Positions 47,146-55,408 of a stretch of DNA of 62,736 bases are shown here, one piece after another. The position numbers were made by a program, and so were the translations under genes. Each line of letters begins with the position of its first letter. Position 1 is the stretch's first letter. The notes beneath the pieces are model-generated. The model was not told the DNA's origin. It was given only the letters and a program-made list of their open reading frames with translations, and made no database searches. The stretch is from Smithella sp. (lineage in GTDB: Bacteria; Desulfobacterota; Syntrophia; Syntrophales; Smithellaceae). The stretch lies in NCBI GenBank assembly GCA_012522275.1, contig JAAYKU010000052.1:1-62736 (forward strand), given 5' to 3'.

Positions 47146-49458
47146 CTATTTAAACCGCCAGATCGTCCCTTCCGGGCCATCGAGCACTTCAACCCCGGAC
47201 AGGGCCAGCTGATCCCTGAGTCTGTCTGCTTCATCCCAAAGACGCGCCTGCCTAGCTTCCTGCCTTTTTTTCACCAGCGCGTCAATCTCCTTATTGAGGA
47301 TCTGAGTTTCAAAACTCATCACCCCCAACACATTGTTTATTTTTTCCAGGGCTTTGACAATTTTCCCGGCATCCACTTGGCTGATTCTTCCTTCCGTCAG
47401 GGGGACATTGATATGACCAATAAACTCAAACAGGGCAGCCAGAGCGCCGGACATATTCAGGTCGTCATCGAGCGCGCCTGCGAAATCGTGATGCAAATTG
47501 TAAATCAGCTGGTCCGTATCGGTGAAATCCTCTCCGCCGGCGGCAGCATAAAGGCGGCAGATAAACGTGTCAATTTTTCTCAGAGTATTTTTTGCAGCCT
47601 GCAGCGCCTCCGATGAGCAGGTGACCGGCTTGCGGTAATTCACCCCGAGCAGGAAAAAACGTATATCCCTGCCGCTGTAGCCTCCTTTTTTCAGATCATC
47701 GATCGTTACCGCGTTATTCAGGGAGCGTGACATCTTCCGCCCGTCCACCAGGATCAATTCCACACTCATCCAGTATGTGGCGCCGCTGTGCCCGAAAGAC
47801 GCTCTGTTCATTGCGACCATGTTTTCGCAATGGGGAAAAATCTCGTCCGCCCCGCTGATGTGAATGTCATAAACCGTACCCAGGTATTTTTGCGAAATCG
47901 CCGCACATTCCAGATGCCAGCCGGGACGGACATTACCCCATTTTGTCTTGTAGTAAATTCCTCTTTTCAGTTCGGCCAGACCGGTCCTTTTCAAAAGAGC
48001 GAAATCGGCGGGGCTGTCTTTTTCGTAATCGTCGAGGTCCACGGACTTCCCCTGCCTTGTCTTCTTCAGATCGACATTGGAAAGCATTCCATAGTCAGCC
48101 AGTTTGGAAATATCGAAATAAACTGAACGCAGCTTTTCGTACGCATAGCCTCTGTCAATGAGCTTTTCGACGATCTTGAGCATGGCGTCAACGTTTTCGG
48201 AGGCCTTCACATAAATATTATCCTCGCGTATGTTTAAAAACCGGACGTCATCGAGAAAAATGCGCAGATACTTATCGGAATAATTAGCAAGGTCCATGCC
48301 CGCCTTTTCCGAGCCGCGGACAGACTTGTCGGAAAAATCAACGACATCGATTACATGCTTTACTTTATAGTCTTTTGCCACCAGATAGCGGCACAAGATA
48401 TCCGAAACGACCATGCGCCGGTAATTCCCCAGATGAGGAGCGTCGTGGACGGTCGGCCCGCAGGTGCGCAGCGACACTTGTGCCGCCTGCAGGGGTTTAA
48501 GCGGCACTTTCTGACGCTTCAGGATATTGTGGAGGCTCAGCGAAACGAGCTCTTCTTTGACCGCAAACAAGGACGTGCTCAGATAACGCTCGCCGCTGTC
48601 CGGAAAAATCACGACGATCAGCCCTTCTTCCATCTCGCGCGCTTTTGCGGCGGCGACAAACATGGCCGCGCCGGAGCTCATTCCCGCCAGAATGCCTTCT
48701 TCACGAGCCAGTCTGCGGGCCGTCTCGAAAGCGTCTTCATCAAGAATGTTCACCTTTTCATCGAGACGCTTCTTGTCGAAGATCCCCGGGCGGTAGGATT
48801 CGCGCATATTTTTCAGCCCCTGAATCCTGTGCTGTAAATAAGGCTCCACGCCGACAATACGGATTTGTTCGTTGAGTTCCTTGAGTCTTTTGGAGATCCC
48901 CATCGCCGTCCCGGTAGTGCCCAGCGTGGCCACAACCATGCTGACCCGGCCGGCGGTCTGCTCCCATATTTCCTGCGCCGTACCCAGGTAATGGGCGGCG
49001 ATATTATCTTCATTGTTGAACTGATCCGTCCCGAAATACTTGTCCGGATTTTCGCGCAGCATCCGGTAGGCTACTTCAATGGCGCCGTCTGTGCCGAGCG
49101 CCGCCGGGGTAAAATACAACTGTGCACCCAGCGCGCGCAGAATTTTCTTGCGCTCCTCGCTTGCCGCCTCGGACATAGTCAGCAGCAACTTGTAGCCTTT
49201 GGCCGCGGCAATCATGGCCAGACCGATGCCCGTGTTGCCGCTGGTCGCCTCGAGAATTATCTTCCGACGATCCAGCTCCCCTCTTTTTTCGGCATTCTCA
49301 ATCATGAACAAGGCGGTGCGGTCCTTGATGGAGCCGCCCGGATTGACCGATTCCAGTTTGGCCAGAATCCGGACATTTTTATTCGGATTGAGCCGGGTAA
49401 TCTCTACCAGGGGAGTGTTGCCGATCCGATCAATAATACTTTTATAAGAACTCAACAT
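47146..49458 (-). CDS. Fusion protein: cysteine synthase (CysK/CysM-like, aa 1-298) joined to a divergent cysteinyl-tRNA synthetase-like module (aa ~308-770)
   Basis: N-terminal NPGGSIKDR, TSGNTG, GTTGT and PDSGERYLST. The C-terminal part is colinear with cysS at 6929..8401 and has TCGPTV..HLGN, GWHLECA, FPHCENM and KMSRS. Confidence 0.85.
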   Translation of the reverse strand: MLSSYKSIIDRIGNTPLVEITRLNPNKNVRILAKLESVNPGGSIKDRTALFMIENAEKRGELDRRKIILEATSGNTGIGLAMIAAAKGYKLLLTMSEAASEERKKILRALGAQLYFTPAALGTDGAIEVAYRMLRENPDKYFGTDQFNNEDNIAAHYLGTAQEIWEQTAGRVSMVVATLGTTGTAMGISKRLKELNEQIRIVGVEPYLQHRIQGLKNMRESYRPGIFDKKRLDEKVNILDEDAFETARRLAREEGILAGMSSGAAMFVAAAKAREMEEGLIVVIFPDSGERYLSTSLFAVKEELVSLSLHNILKRQKVPLKPLQAAQVSLRTCGPTVHDAPHLGNYRRMVVSDILCRYLVAKDYKVKHVIDVVDFSDKSVRGSEKAGMDLANYSDKYLRIFLDDVRFLNIREDNIYVKASENVDAMLKIVEKLIDRGYAYEKLRSVYFDISKLADYGMLSNVDLKKTRQGKSVDLDDYEKDSPADFALLKRTGLAELKRGIYYKTKWGNVRPGWHLECAAISQKYLGTVYDIHISGADEIFPHCENMVAMNRASFGHSGATYWMSVELILVDGRKMSRSLNNAVTIDDLKKGGYSGRDIRFFLLGVNYRKPVTCSSEALQAAKNTLRKIDTFICRLYAAAGGEDFTDTDQLIYNLHHDFAGALDDDLNMSGALAALFEFIGHINVPLTEGRISQVDAGKIVKALEKINNVLGVMSFETQILNKEIDALVKKRQEARQARLWDEADRLRDQLALSGVEVLDGPEGTIWRFK

Positions 49459-49546
49459 GCAATGCGGCCTTTATTCAATATGGCACGTTACTTTGTGTCA
49501 AAGGTTTTCCGGCGGCTTAAGAAGACATCCTGAATTAGAAAGCTGA

Positions 49547-49963
49547 TCAGCTGTCCATTTTGGGCAGAGGGATTTTTATGAACGAAACACCTTCTTCTTT
49601 CAGATTTACCTCTTCCTGCGGGGTTGTCGTTCCCCTGATGTTTCGTTTTTCTTCTTCGCCGTAATGAATCTTCAACGCCACTTCGGCAAATTTACTGCCG
49701 ACATCTTCGAAATTATCGGCGATATACTGGTGCAGAGTCTGCAAAGAGGTACCATGGCCGGCCTGCGTTTTGTTGCTCTCGTCAAGCTTTTTGGAACTCT
49801 TGCCCATAATGGCAATCGATGACGGTACTATTTCGACATTCGCACTGTTGCAAACGGGGCAGCACACCAGTTTCCGGGCATTCTGCTCGATCCAGGCCCA
49901 CCTGTCCTTAAACCAGCCCTCGAATTTGTGACCGTTTTCACATTTGATATCATAAATAATCAC
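49547..49963 (-). CDS. DUF1178-like zinc-ribbon protein
   Basis: (GTG)IIYDIKCENGHKFEGWF....CPVC matches the usual DUF1178 N-terminus. The longer ORF-track form runs across tRNA-Pro. ATG at 50023 is an alternative start. Confidence 0.6.
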   Translation of the reverse strand: MIIYDIKCENGHKFEGWFKDRWAWIEQNARKLVCCPVCNSANVEIVPSSIAIMGKSSKKLDESNKTQAGHGTSLQTLHQYIADNFEDVGSKFAEVALKIHYGEEEKRNIRGTTTPQEEVNLKEEGVSFIKIPLPKMDS

Positions 49964-50016
49964 GTATCCCACTCTTTTCCGGATAAAATTTAAATACGGT
50001 TTCCAACAAAAACATG

Positions 50017-50043
50017 TGGACATTTCACAATAAATTTTATAAC
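50017..50043 (+). promoter_or_regulatory. Candidate promoter for tRNA-Pro
   Basis: TGGACA, 15-nt spacer, TATAAC, then a GC-rich discriminator (gtcgcgcc) 13 nt before the tRNA 5' end. The spacer is short. Confidence 0.3.
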
Positions 50044-50056
50044 GTCGCGCCCGTGT

Positions 50057-50133
50057 CGGGATGTGGCCCAGCCTGGTAGGGCACTGCGTTCGGGACGCAG
50101 GAGTCGCGCGTTCAAATCGCGCCATCCCGACCA
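50057..50133 (+). tRNA. tRNA-Pro (CGG)
   Basis: Acceptor CGGGATG/CATCCCG, anticodon loop TTCGGGA, T-loop TTCAAAT. CCA is encoded. Confidence 0.9.
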
Positions 50134-50138
50134 TTTCT

Positions 50139-51347
50139 TTATCCGACGACCGACGCCAGCTTGAAGATCGGCAGATACATGGCCACAATCATGCCGCCGA
50201 CAATGCCTCCCAGGAAAACCATCATCACCGGCTCAAGCAGCGATGTCATCGCCTCCACCGCCGCATCCACCTCATCATCATAAAAATCGGCGATTTTGTT
50301 GAGCATGACATCCAGTGCGCCGGTGGCCTCACCGACTGCAATCATCTGAACAACCATCGGCGGGAAAATTCCGGAAGCGGCCAGAGGCTCGGAAATAGGC
50401 TGTCCCTCACTGATGGCCTGGCGTGTTTTCAGCAGTGCGTCTTCAACCACCACGTTCCCCGCCGTTTTGCTGACGATCGACAAGCCTTCCAGGATCGGCA
50501 CGCCCGAGCTCATCATGGTAGCCATCGTACGCGAGAACTTGGCCACGGCAACTTTTCGAAACACGGGGCCGAAAACCGGTATGCGCAAAAGAGTGGCATC
50601 AACCGCCCAGCGCCCTTTTTCCGTCTTGTAGAACTGGCGGAAAATAAATACACCAATGACAATTACGCCCAGGAAGACCCACCAGTAGCTTTGGGCAAAC
50701 TCACTCATCGAGATAACCACCGCCGTCGGCCCGGGAAGTTCGCTTCCCGATCCCTCAAACATTTTCTGAAAGACGGGTATGACTTTGATCAAAAGCAGCG
50801 CAACGACAAGAAATGAGATAACCAGCACGGCCGCCGGGTAGGTCATCGCGCTTTTGACCTTCCTTTTCAGCTTCAGAGCTTTTTCCAGATAAGTGGAAAG
50901 ACGCCCTAAAACGACATCCAGTATGCCGCCCGCTTCGCCTGCGGCAATCAGGTTCACAAACAGCTCATCGAAGACTTTAGGATGTTTTTTCAGCGCGTCC
51001 GTCAGACTGCTGCCCCCCTCGATATCCTCTTTAACCGTACGGATGATTTTGGCAAAAGCCTTGTTTTCCTCCTGCTGGGCCAGAAGATCAAGGCATTGAA
51101 TCAGAGGGAGGCCGGCATTGATCATCGTGGAGAAGATGCGGCAGAAAACCACTATCTCTTTTTCTTTTACGCTTCCGGCCAGAAAAGGCAAATATTCCAG
51201 AAGGTCCTTCGGCTTTTGGCGTACATCGAGTGTTTTAAATCCCTGCCGTCTTAAAATCATGCGCGCGGCCGCCCCGTCGGCGGCCTCTATTTCGCCTTTT
51301 TTCACTTCATCTTTTTTGGTTGTCCCTTCCCAAAGGAAAATCGGCAT
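50139..51347 (-). CDS. pilC: Type II secretion system F family / type IV pilus platform protein PilC-like
   Basis: Two GspF-type repeats with three TM segments. ATG at 51347 (MPIFLWEG) has AAGGA upstream. The ORF-track GTG start lies inside the predicted promoter. Confidence 0.85.
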   Translation of the reverse strand: MPIFLWEGTTKKDEVKKGEIEAADGAAARMILRRQGFKTLDVRQKPKDLLEYLPFLAGSVKEKEIVVFCRIFSTMINAGLPLIQCLDLLAQQEENKAFAKIIRTVKEDIEGGSSLTDALKKHPKVFDELFVNLIAAGEAGGILDVVLGRLSTYLEKALKLKRKVKSAMTYPAAVLVISFLVVALLLIKVIPVFQKMFEGSGSELPGPTAVVISMSEFAQSYWWVFLGVIVIGVFIFRQFYKTEKGRWAVDATLLRIPVFGPVFRKVAVAKFSRTMATMMSSGVPILEGLSIVSKTAGNVVVEDALLKTRQAISEGQPISEPLAASGIFPPMVVQMIAVGEATGALDVMLNKIADFYDDEVDAAVEAMTSLLEPVMMVFLGGIVGGMIVAMYLPIFKLASVVG

Positions 51348-51395
51348 AGTAAAAATCCTTTCTGGTTTGAGGATGGTTTTCTGATCCGTTCCAAC

Positions 51396-51424
51396 ATCAT
51401 AAAACACCTTCCATGTAATTTCAA
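51396..51424 (-). promoter_or_regulatory. Candidate sigma70 promoter for pilC
   Basis: Minus strand reads TTGAAA, 17-nt spacer, TATGAT, about 45 nt upstream of the ATG. Confidence 0.45.
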
Positions 51425-51449
51425 CATGTTAAATTTTTGAAAATTACAT
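51413..51449. repeat. AT-rich 12/13-bp inverted repeat overlapping the pilC -35 element
   Basis: ATGTAATTTCAA, 12-nt loop, TTGAAAATTACAT, with a one-base indel between the arms. Confidence 0.6.
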
Positions 51450-51460
51450 CAAGAATGCTT

Positions 51461-52216
51461 TTACATTTCTTTATCGTCTTTTTGTGCGATTCTCTGAAGA
51501 AGAATTTCGTACTGAATGATGCCGGCGGCAACGGCCACATTGAATGAGTCGAAATCTCCCGCCATGGGGATCGTTACCAGAAAATCGCATTTTTTTCTGA
51601 CAAGCTGTCTCATCCCCCTGGCTTCGCCGCCCAGGACCAGTGCTGTGGACAAGCGGAAATTCTGACCTCTTAAATCACCTCCCCCGCTTGTGTCAGCTCC
51701 GAATATCCAGAAGCCTCTTTCTTTGAGTTCGTCAATCGTACGCGCCAGATTCGTCACACGGGCAACCGGCAGCTGTACGGCGCTGCCTGCGGAAACTTTG
51801 ATGACCGCCGGCGTTACCATCGCCGCCCGGTCCATCGGCAAAATAATTCCGTTGGCCCCGAGGCAGTGAGAGGTTCGAATGATAGAGCCCAGATTGTGCG
51901 GGTCGACAACACTGTCGAGAATCACGACAAGATCACAAGACAGGCCAGGATTGCGGTTTTTAAGGACATCATCGAAGCCGGCATACATAAACGGCCCGCG
52001 CACAGCGACCACGCCCTGATGATCCGTCCCGCCGGTCAGCTTGTCCAGATACCGGCGCTCCTGCCATTCCAGGGGAATATTCTTTCTTCCTGCCGCCTCG
52101 ATGATCGCCAAAACGGCCGCGCCGCCGCGTCCGCGGGCAATGATGATTTTTTTCAGGGGGGAATGATCCCTGGAAAGCAAAACCCTGACCGGGTTAATGC
52201 CGTAAACCGTCTCCAT
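51461..52216 (-). CDS. rlmB: 23S rRNA (guanosine-2'-O-)-methyltransferase RlmB (SpoU/TrmH family)
   Basis: Starts YGINPV and has the SpoU motifs DPHNLGSIIRT and LVLGGE..G. Confidence 0.85.
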   Translation of the reverse strand: METVYGINPVRVLLSRDHSPLKKIIIARGRGGAAVLAIIEAAGRKNIPLEWQERRYLDKLTGGTDHQGVVAVRGPFMYAGFDDVLKNRNPGLSCDLVVILDSVVDPHNLGSIIRTSHCLGANGIILPMDRAAMVTPAVIKVSAGSAVQLPVARVTNLARTIDELKERGFWIFGADTSGGGDLRGQNFRLSTALVLGGEARGMRQLVRKKCDFLVTIPMAGDFDSFNVAVAAGIIQYEILLQRIAQKDDKEM

Positions 52217-52314
52217 GGGCCACCCTCCATTTACGGGTATGATTATATTTACGACGATCCCTTAATAAATCAAAAGAATTTAGAATTCAGACGATTTCTC
52301 TAAGGGCACAGCCG

Positions 52315-53076
52315 TTATGGTCGGCGTTTCCCCGCGTCAAGCCCGCGGGCAATTTCCTCCGTGATGCGACGGCATGCCTCCAGCGGGTCCGCGGCCTGCC
52401 GGATAGGCCTGCCTACAACAATATAATCCGCACCCGCCGCCATGGCGTCAAAGGCGCCCATCGTTCTTTTCTGGTCGTCCGCGGCAGGCTGTGACGCATC
52501 CCGGATACCGGGGGTAACAATGATAAAATCATCCCCCAGCTCATTTCTCAGGGCGGCAATATCGCGGGGGGAGGCCACTACGCCGGACGCACCCGCCTTG
52601 TGTGCCAGCCGGGCCAGTTGCACAACCAGTTCATCGGTTGTTTTTTCAAAGCCGATTTGAGCCAGGTCCGCGTCGTTGAGGCTGGTCAGCACAGTTACGG
52701 CCAGAACGACCGGGCGGGGGATTCCCTGCTTCCCGGCGCAGGCTGCAGCGGCATAAACCGCATCGGCGATCATTTTTTCTCCCCCGGCCGCATGGACATT
52801 GAACATATCCACGTTCATTTTCACGGCCGCCTCGGCGGCGCGGGCAACCGTATGGGGAATGTCGTGAAATTTCAGGTCGAGAAAAACGCGGGAGCCGCTT
52901 TGCTTGATCTTGCCGACAATTTCCGGACCGGCCGCGGTAAAGAGCTCTTTACCGACTTTAAACATGCCGACATGCCCTGAAAGAAGCGCAATCCAGCGCT
53001 GAGCCTCGTCAAGTCCCGCCGCGTCCAGAGCGAAGATCAGCCTTGCGGCCGCGTCGCTATTCGAGATATTCTTCAT
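52315..53076 (-). CDS. pyrF: Orotidine 5'-phosphate decarboxylase
   Basis: Contains [20 protein letters not shown] and VGRPI. ATG at 53076 overlaps the rpoZ end by 20 nt. The longer ORF-track form is rejected. Confidence 0.9.
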   Translation of the reverse strand: MKNISNSDAAARLIFALDAAGLDEAQRWIALLSGHVGMFKVGKELFTAAGPEIVGKIKQSGSRVFLDLKFHDIPHTVARAAEAAVKMNVDMFNVHAAGGEKMIADAVYAAAACAGKQGIPRPVVLAVTVLTSLNDADLAQIGFEKTTDELVVQLARLAHKAGASGVVASPRDIAALRNELGDDFIIVTPGIRDASQPAADDQKRTMGAFDAMAAGADYIVVGRPIRQAADPLEACRRITEEIARGLDAGKRRP

Positions 53077-53326
53077 CGCCGATGAATTCCGTATTGTCCG
53101 GAATGGGTTTGAAATCTTCCTGAGAGCCCTGCAGGTATTCCGGATGGGCATAACAAACCTTCCCTGCGGCAATTTCTCTGAGCGCCAGTACGATCTCCCG
53201 GTTCCTGCTTTCCAGCAGCGGCTTCGATCCCTTGAGCAGCTGACGTGCACGCATGGACGCCAGAGACACAAGACCGAACCTGGTCTGAGCCATTCTCAAT
53301 GAATCTTCAACTGTAATCCTCGCCAT
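53057..53326 (-). CDS. rpoZ: DNA-directed RNA polymerase subunit omega
   Basis: Starts [10 protein letters not shown]...RF.LV.LAS.RARQL. Confidence 0.92.
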   Translation of the reverse strand: MARITVEDSLRMAQTRFGLVSLASMRARQLLKGSKPLLESRNREIVLALREIAAGKVCYAHPEYLQGSQEDFKPIPDNTEFIGDEEYLE

Positions 53327-53351
53327 ACAACTAAAACCTCCTTATACTTTC

Positions 53352-53960
53352 CTAACAGGATTTAAAAAAACAGTCTATCTTGCCGCGCAGGCGGCTGATT
53401 TTACATTTCTCGGCTTTGTATATGGCCATCATCTGACCGATGGCCGCTTCCAGCTCTTCGTTAAAAATCAGGTAATCATACCACAAAACTTCCTTTAATT
53501 CACTTTCGGCCTGGGCAAATCTGTTTTTGATCGCTGCGGGGCTTTCGTGACCACGTTTTTCCAGGCGCCGCAAAAGTTCATCCAGCGAGGGAGGCAGCAC
53601 AAAAACAAATACCGCATCCGGAAACCTGTTTTTGATCGCCTTCGCGCCGCGCGGCTCAATATCCAGAAGCAGGTCTTTTCCGTCGTTTAAAACGCGTTCG
53701 ATGGCGCCTGTGGATGTGCCGTAAAAATTCCCATAATTTTCCACCCATTCGACAAACTCATCCTGCCCGATGCGCTGCTTAAAATCATCACGGGAAATAA
53801 AATGGTAGTCTTTCCCGTTTACCTCACCGGGGCGCGGCTGCCGCGAGGTGTAGGAAACGGAAAATTCAATTTCCGGGTACACTTTCAGCAGATGACGGCA
53901 AATGCTGCTTTTTCCCGTTCCGGACGGGGCGGAAATAACTATAATCAGACCCTTATCCAT
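53352..53960 (-). CDS. gmk: Guanylate kinase
   Basis: P-loop SAPSGTGKSS and TSRQPRPGE..G.DYHF. ATG at 53960. Confidence 0.93.
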   Translation of the reverse strand: MDKGLIIVISAPSGTGKSSICRHLLKVYPEIEFSVSYTSRQPRPGEVNGKDYHFISRDDFKQRIGQDEFVEWVENYGNFYGTSTGAIERVLNDGKDLLLDIEPRGAKAIKNRFPDAVFVFVLPPSLDELLRRLEKRGHESPAAIKNRFAQAESELKEVLWYDYLIFNEELEAAIGQMMAIYKAEKCKISRLRGKIDCFFKSC

Positions 53961-53964
53961 TTTA

Positions 53965-54843
53965 CTACTCGATATTCTGGGCCTGCTCGCGCAGCTTACC
54001 CAGTTCGCTTTTTGCCTCGATGACCTGACGAGCAATGTCCAGATCATTGCATTTAGACCCGATAGTGTTGATTTCCCGGTTCATTTCCTGCAAAAGAAAA
54101 TCTATTTTTCTGCCTTCGGCATCGTCACTTTTGAGCAGACCCTCAAATTGCGAGATATGGCTCCCCATACGGACAATCTCTTCGGTAATGTCGCAGCGGT
54201 CCGCCATGACGGCCACCTCCTGCGCCAGCCGCGCATCGTCGAGTTCGAATCCCGCCGCCAGGTCTTTAATCCTGGCGGAAAGTCTCCTTTGGTAGTCGAG
54301 GACCACCTGCGGTGCCCGCTCACGGATCAGTTCCATCATTTCCCGGATGCTTTGCAGTCTCATCTGCATGTCGGAAAAAAGGGAGGCTCCCTCCTCCTGC
54401 CTCATGCCGACCAGTATCGACAGGGCTTCCCGAAGTGTTTTTTCCACCTGATGCAAAAAAGCAGCGTCGAGCTCCCTGGCGGCAGGCGGTGCGAAAATAT
54501 CCTTGAAAGAGGTCAGATCCCTGAGGGTGATCGGCTCCGTAATGCCGAATTCATCTTTCAGCCGCGTCAGAACATTGAAATAACTACGCGCCGCATCTAC
54601 ATTTAAATTGACGTCGGCCGATTCCGCCCCCTCCCCTTCCAGGCGAATCGAAACATCGATGCGGCCGCGCCTGAACCTTTCTGAGATTTTCTTTTTGAAC
54701 TCCAGCTCCAGCGGAAACAAAATGGAGGGCATTTTGAGTGAAATCTCCAAAAAGCGGTGGTTGACGGACTTTGCTTCCACGACAATATTGCGCCCATCGT
54801 ATAATGTTTCCACACGGCCGTAGCCGGTCATGCTTTTAATCAT
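53965..54843 (-). CDS. yicC: YicC family stress-induced protein
   Basis: MIKSMTGYGR N-terminus and C-terminal E..R..EQ.QNIE are typical of YicC. Confidence 0.88.
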   Translation of the reverse strand: MIKSMTGYGRVETLYDGRNIVVEAKSVNHRFLEISLKMPSILFPLELEFKKKISERFRRGRIDVSIRLEGEGAESADVNLNVDAARSYFNVLTRLKDEFGITEPITLRDLTSFKDIFAPPAARELDAAFLHQVEKTLREALSILVGMRQEEGASLFSDMQMRLQSIREMMELIRERAPQVVLDYQRRLSARIKDLAAGFELDDARLAQEVAVMADRCDITEEIVRMGSHISQFEGLLKSDDAEGRKIDFLLQEMNREINTIGSKCNDLDIARQVIEAKSELGKLREQAQNIE

Positions 54844-55408
54844 GTTTACCCCTTTGATCTTTTGTCTTACCCGACGATGCCTTGAGTATTTTCAGTTGCA
54901 GTAAATACCTGGCACGTATTGCAGCGAACATGGCCAGCTGCCCGGCTTCCGCGTAATCAGGATAAGTCCAGGGCAGAGAAGAAAACTTCTTGTCCTGATA
55001 AACCAGCGTCAGGTCGGCATAAATCCCGTCACGCAGATAAGGCCTGTGAGTGTAGCCCTTGCCTGTGGCCAGGATCAGATGAGCCGCCGACAAATAACCG
55101 GGGTCAATATTGACCGACCGGCGGCCGTCTTGCACCGATTCATTTTCCAGATCGTTTGTCGCCAGCTTGATATCCGGCAGGCTCTCCGGCCGGATAAGCT
55201 CCTCCATCGACAAAAAGCGCCTGCCGAGCCCGCGGCCCATTTCCGGACGATAATAATCCGTGTAATCAAACGGCATCCAGGCGCTGAGAAAATCGGGCTG
55301 ACCGTAAAGAGACGACAGCTTCACGACAACGTCGTTTATTATTTTTTCAGCCGGGGCAAAAACGCTGAAAATTAGCTTGACCGGCTCTGCGTCCGCTGGT
55401 TTGCTCAT
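54836..55408 (-). CDS. DUF4416 family protein
   Basis: The N.DPGY...A.L.LAT.K...HR.YL..GIYA.L.L...... pattern was recognised from memory of DUF4416. Overlaps yicC by 8 nt. Confidence 0.6.
   Translation of the reverse strand: MSKPADAEPVKLIFSVFAPAEKIINDVVVKLSSLYGQPDFLSAWMPFDYTDYYRPEMGRGLGRRFLSMEELIRPESLPDIKLATNDLENESVQDGRRSVNIDPGYLSAAHLILATGKGYTHRPYLRDGIYADLTLVYQDKKFSSLPWTYPDYAEAGQLAMFAAIRARYLLQLKILKASSGKTKDQRGKHD

Noticed and set aside
49481-49497. TGGCACGTTACTTTGTG, a sigma54-like motif upstream of the fusion gene
   Set aside because: It is on the plus strand (wrong orientation for the minus-strand genes), and the -12 GC is out of register with the -24 GG.
49473-49501. Possible sigma70 promoter (TTGACA, 17-nt spacer, TTGAAT) directly upstream of the CysK-CysRS fusion
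   Set aside because: The -10 element ends only 14 nt before the ATG. The transcript would be nearly leaderless and would exclude the AAAGG SD-like sequence. Co-transcription with DUF1178 seems at least as likely, so the call is left open.
49547-50188. 213-aa form of the DUF1178 ORF
   Set aside because: Its N-terminal 75 codons run antisense across tRNA-Pro. The conserved DUF1178 N-terminus (IIYDIKCENGH) starts at the GTG at 49963.
52315-53271. 318-aa extended pyrF ORF and other extended N-termini (gmk 54047, Memo-like 47234, TPR protein 4488, MBL 14928, pilC 51407)
   Set aside because: The extensions overlap upstream genes or promoters, lack homology-like sequence, and internal ATGs match the conserved family N-termini.
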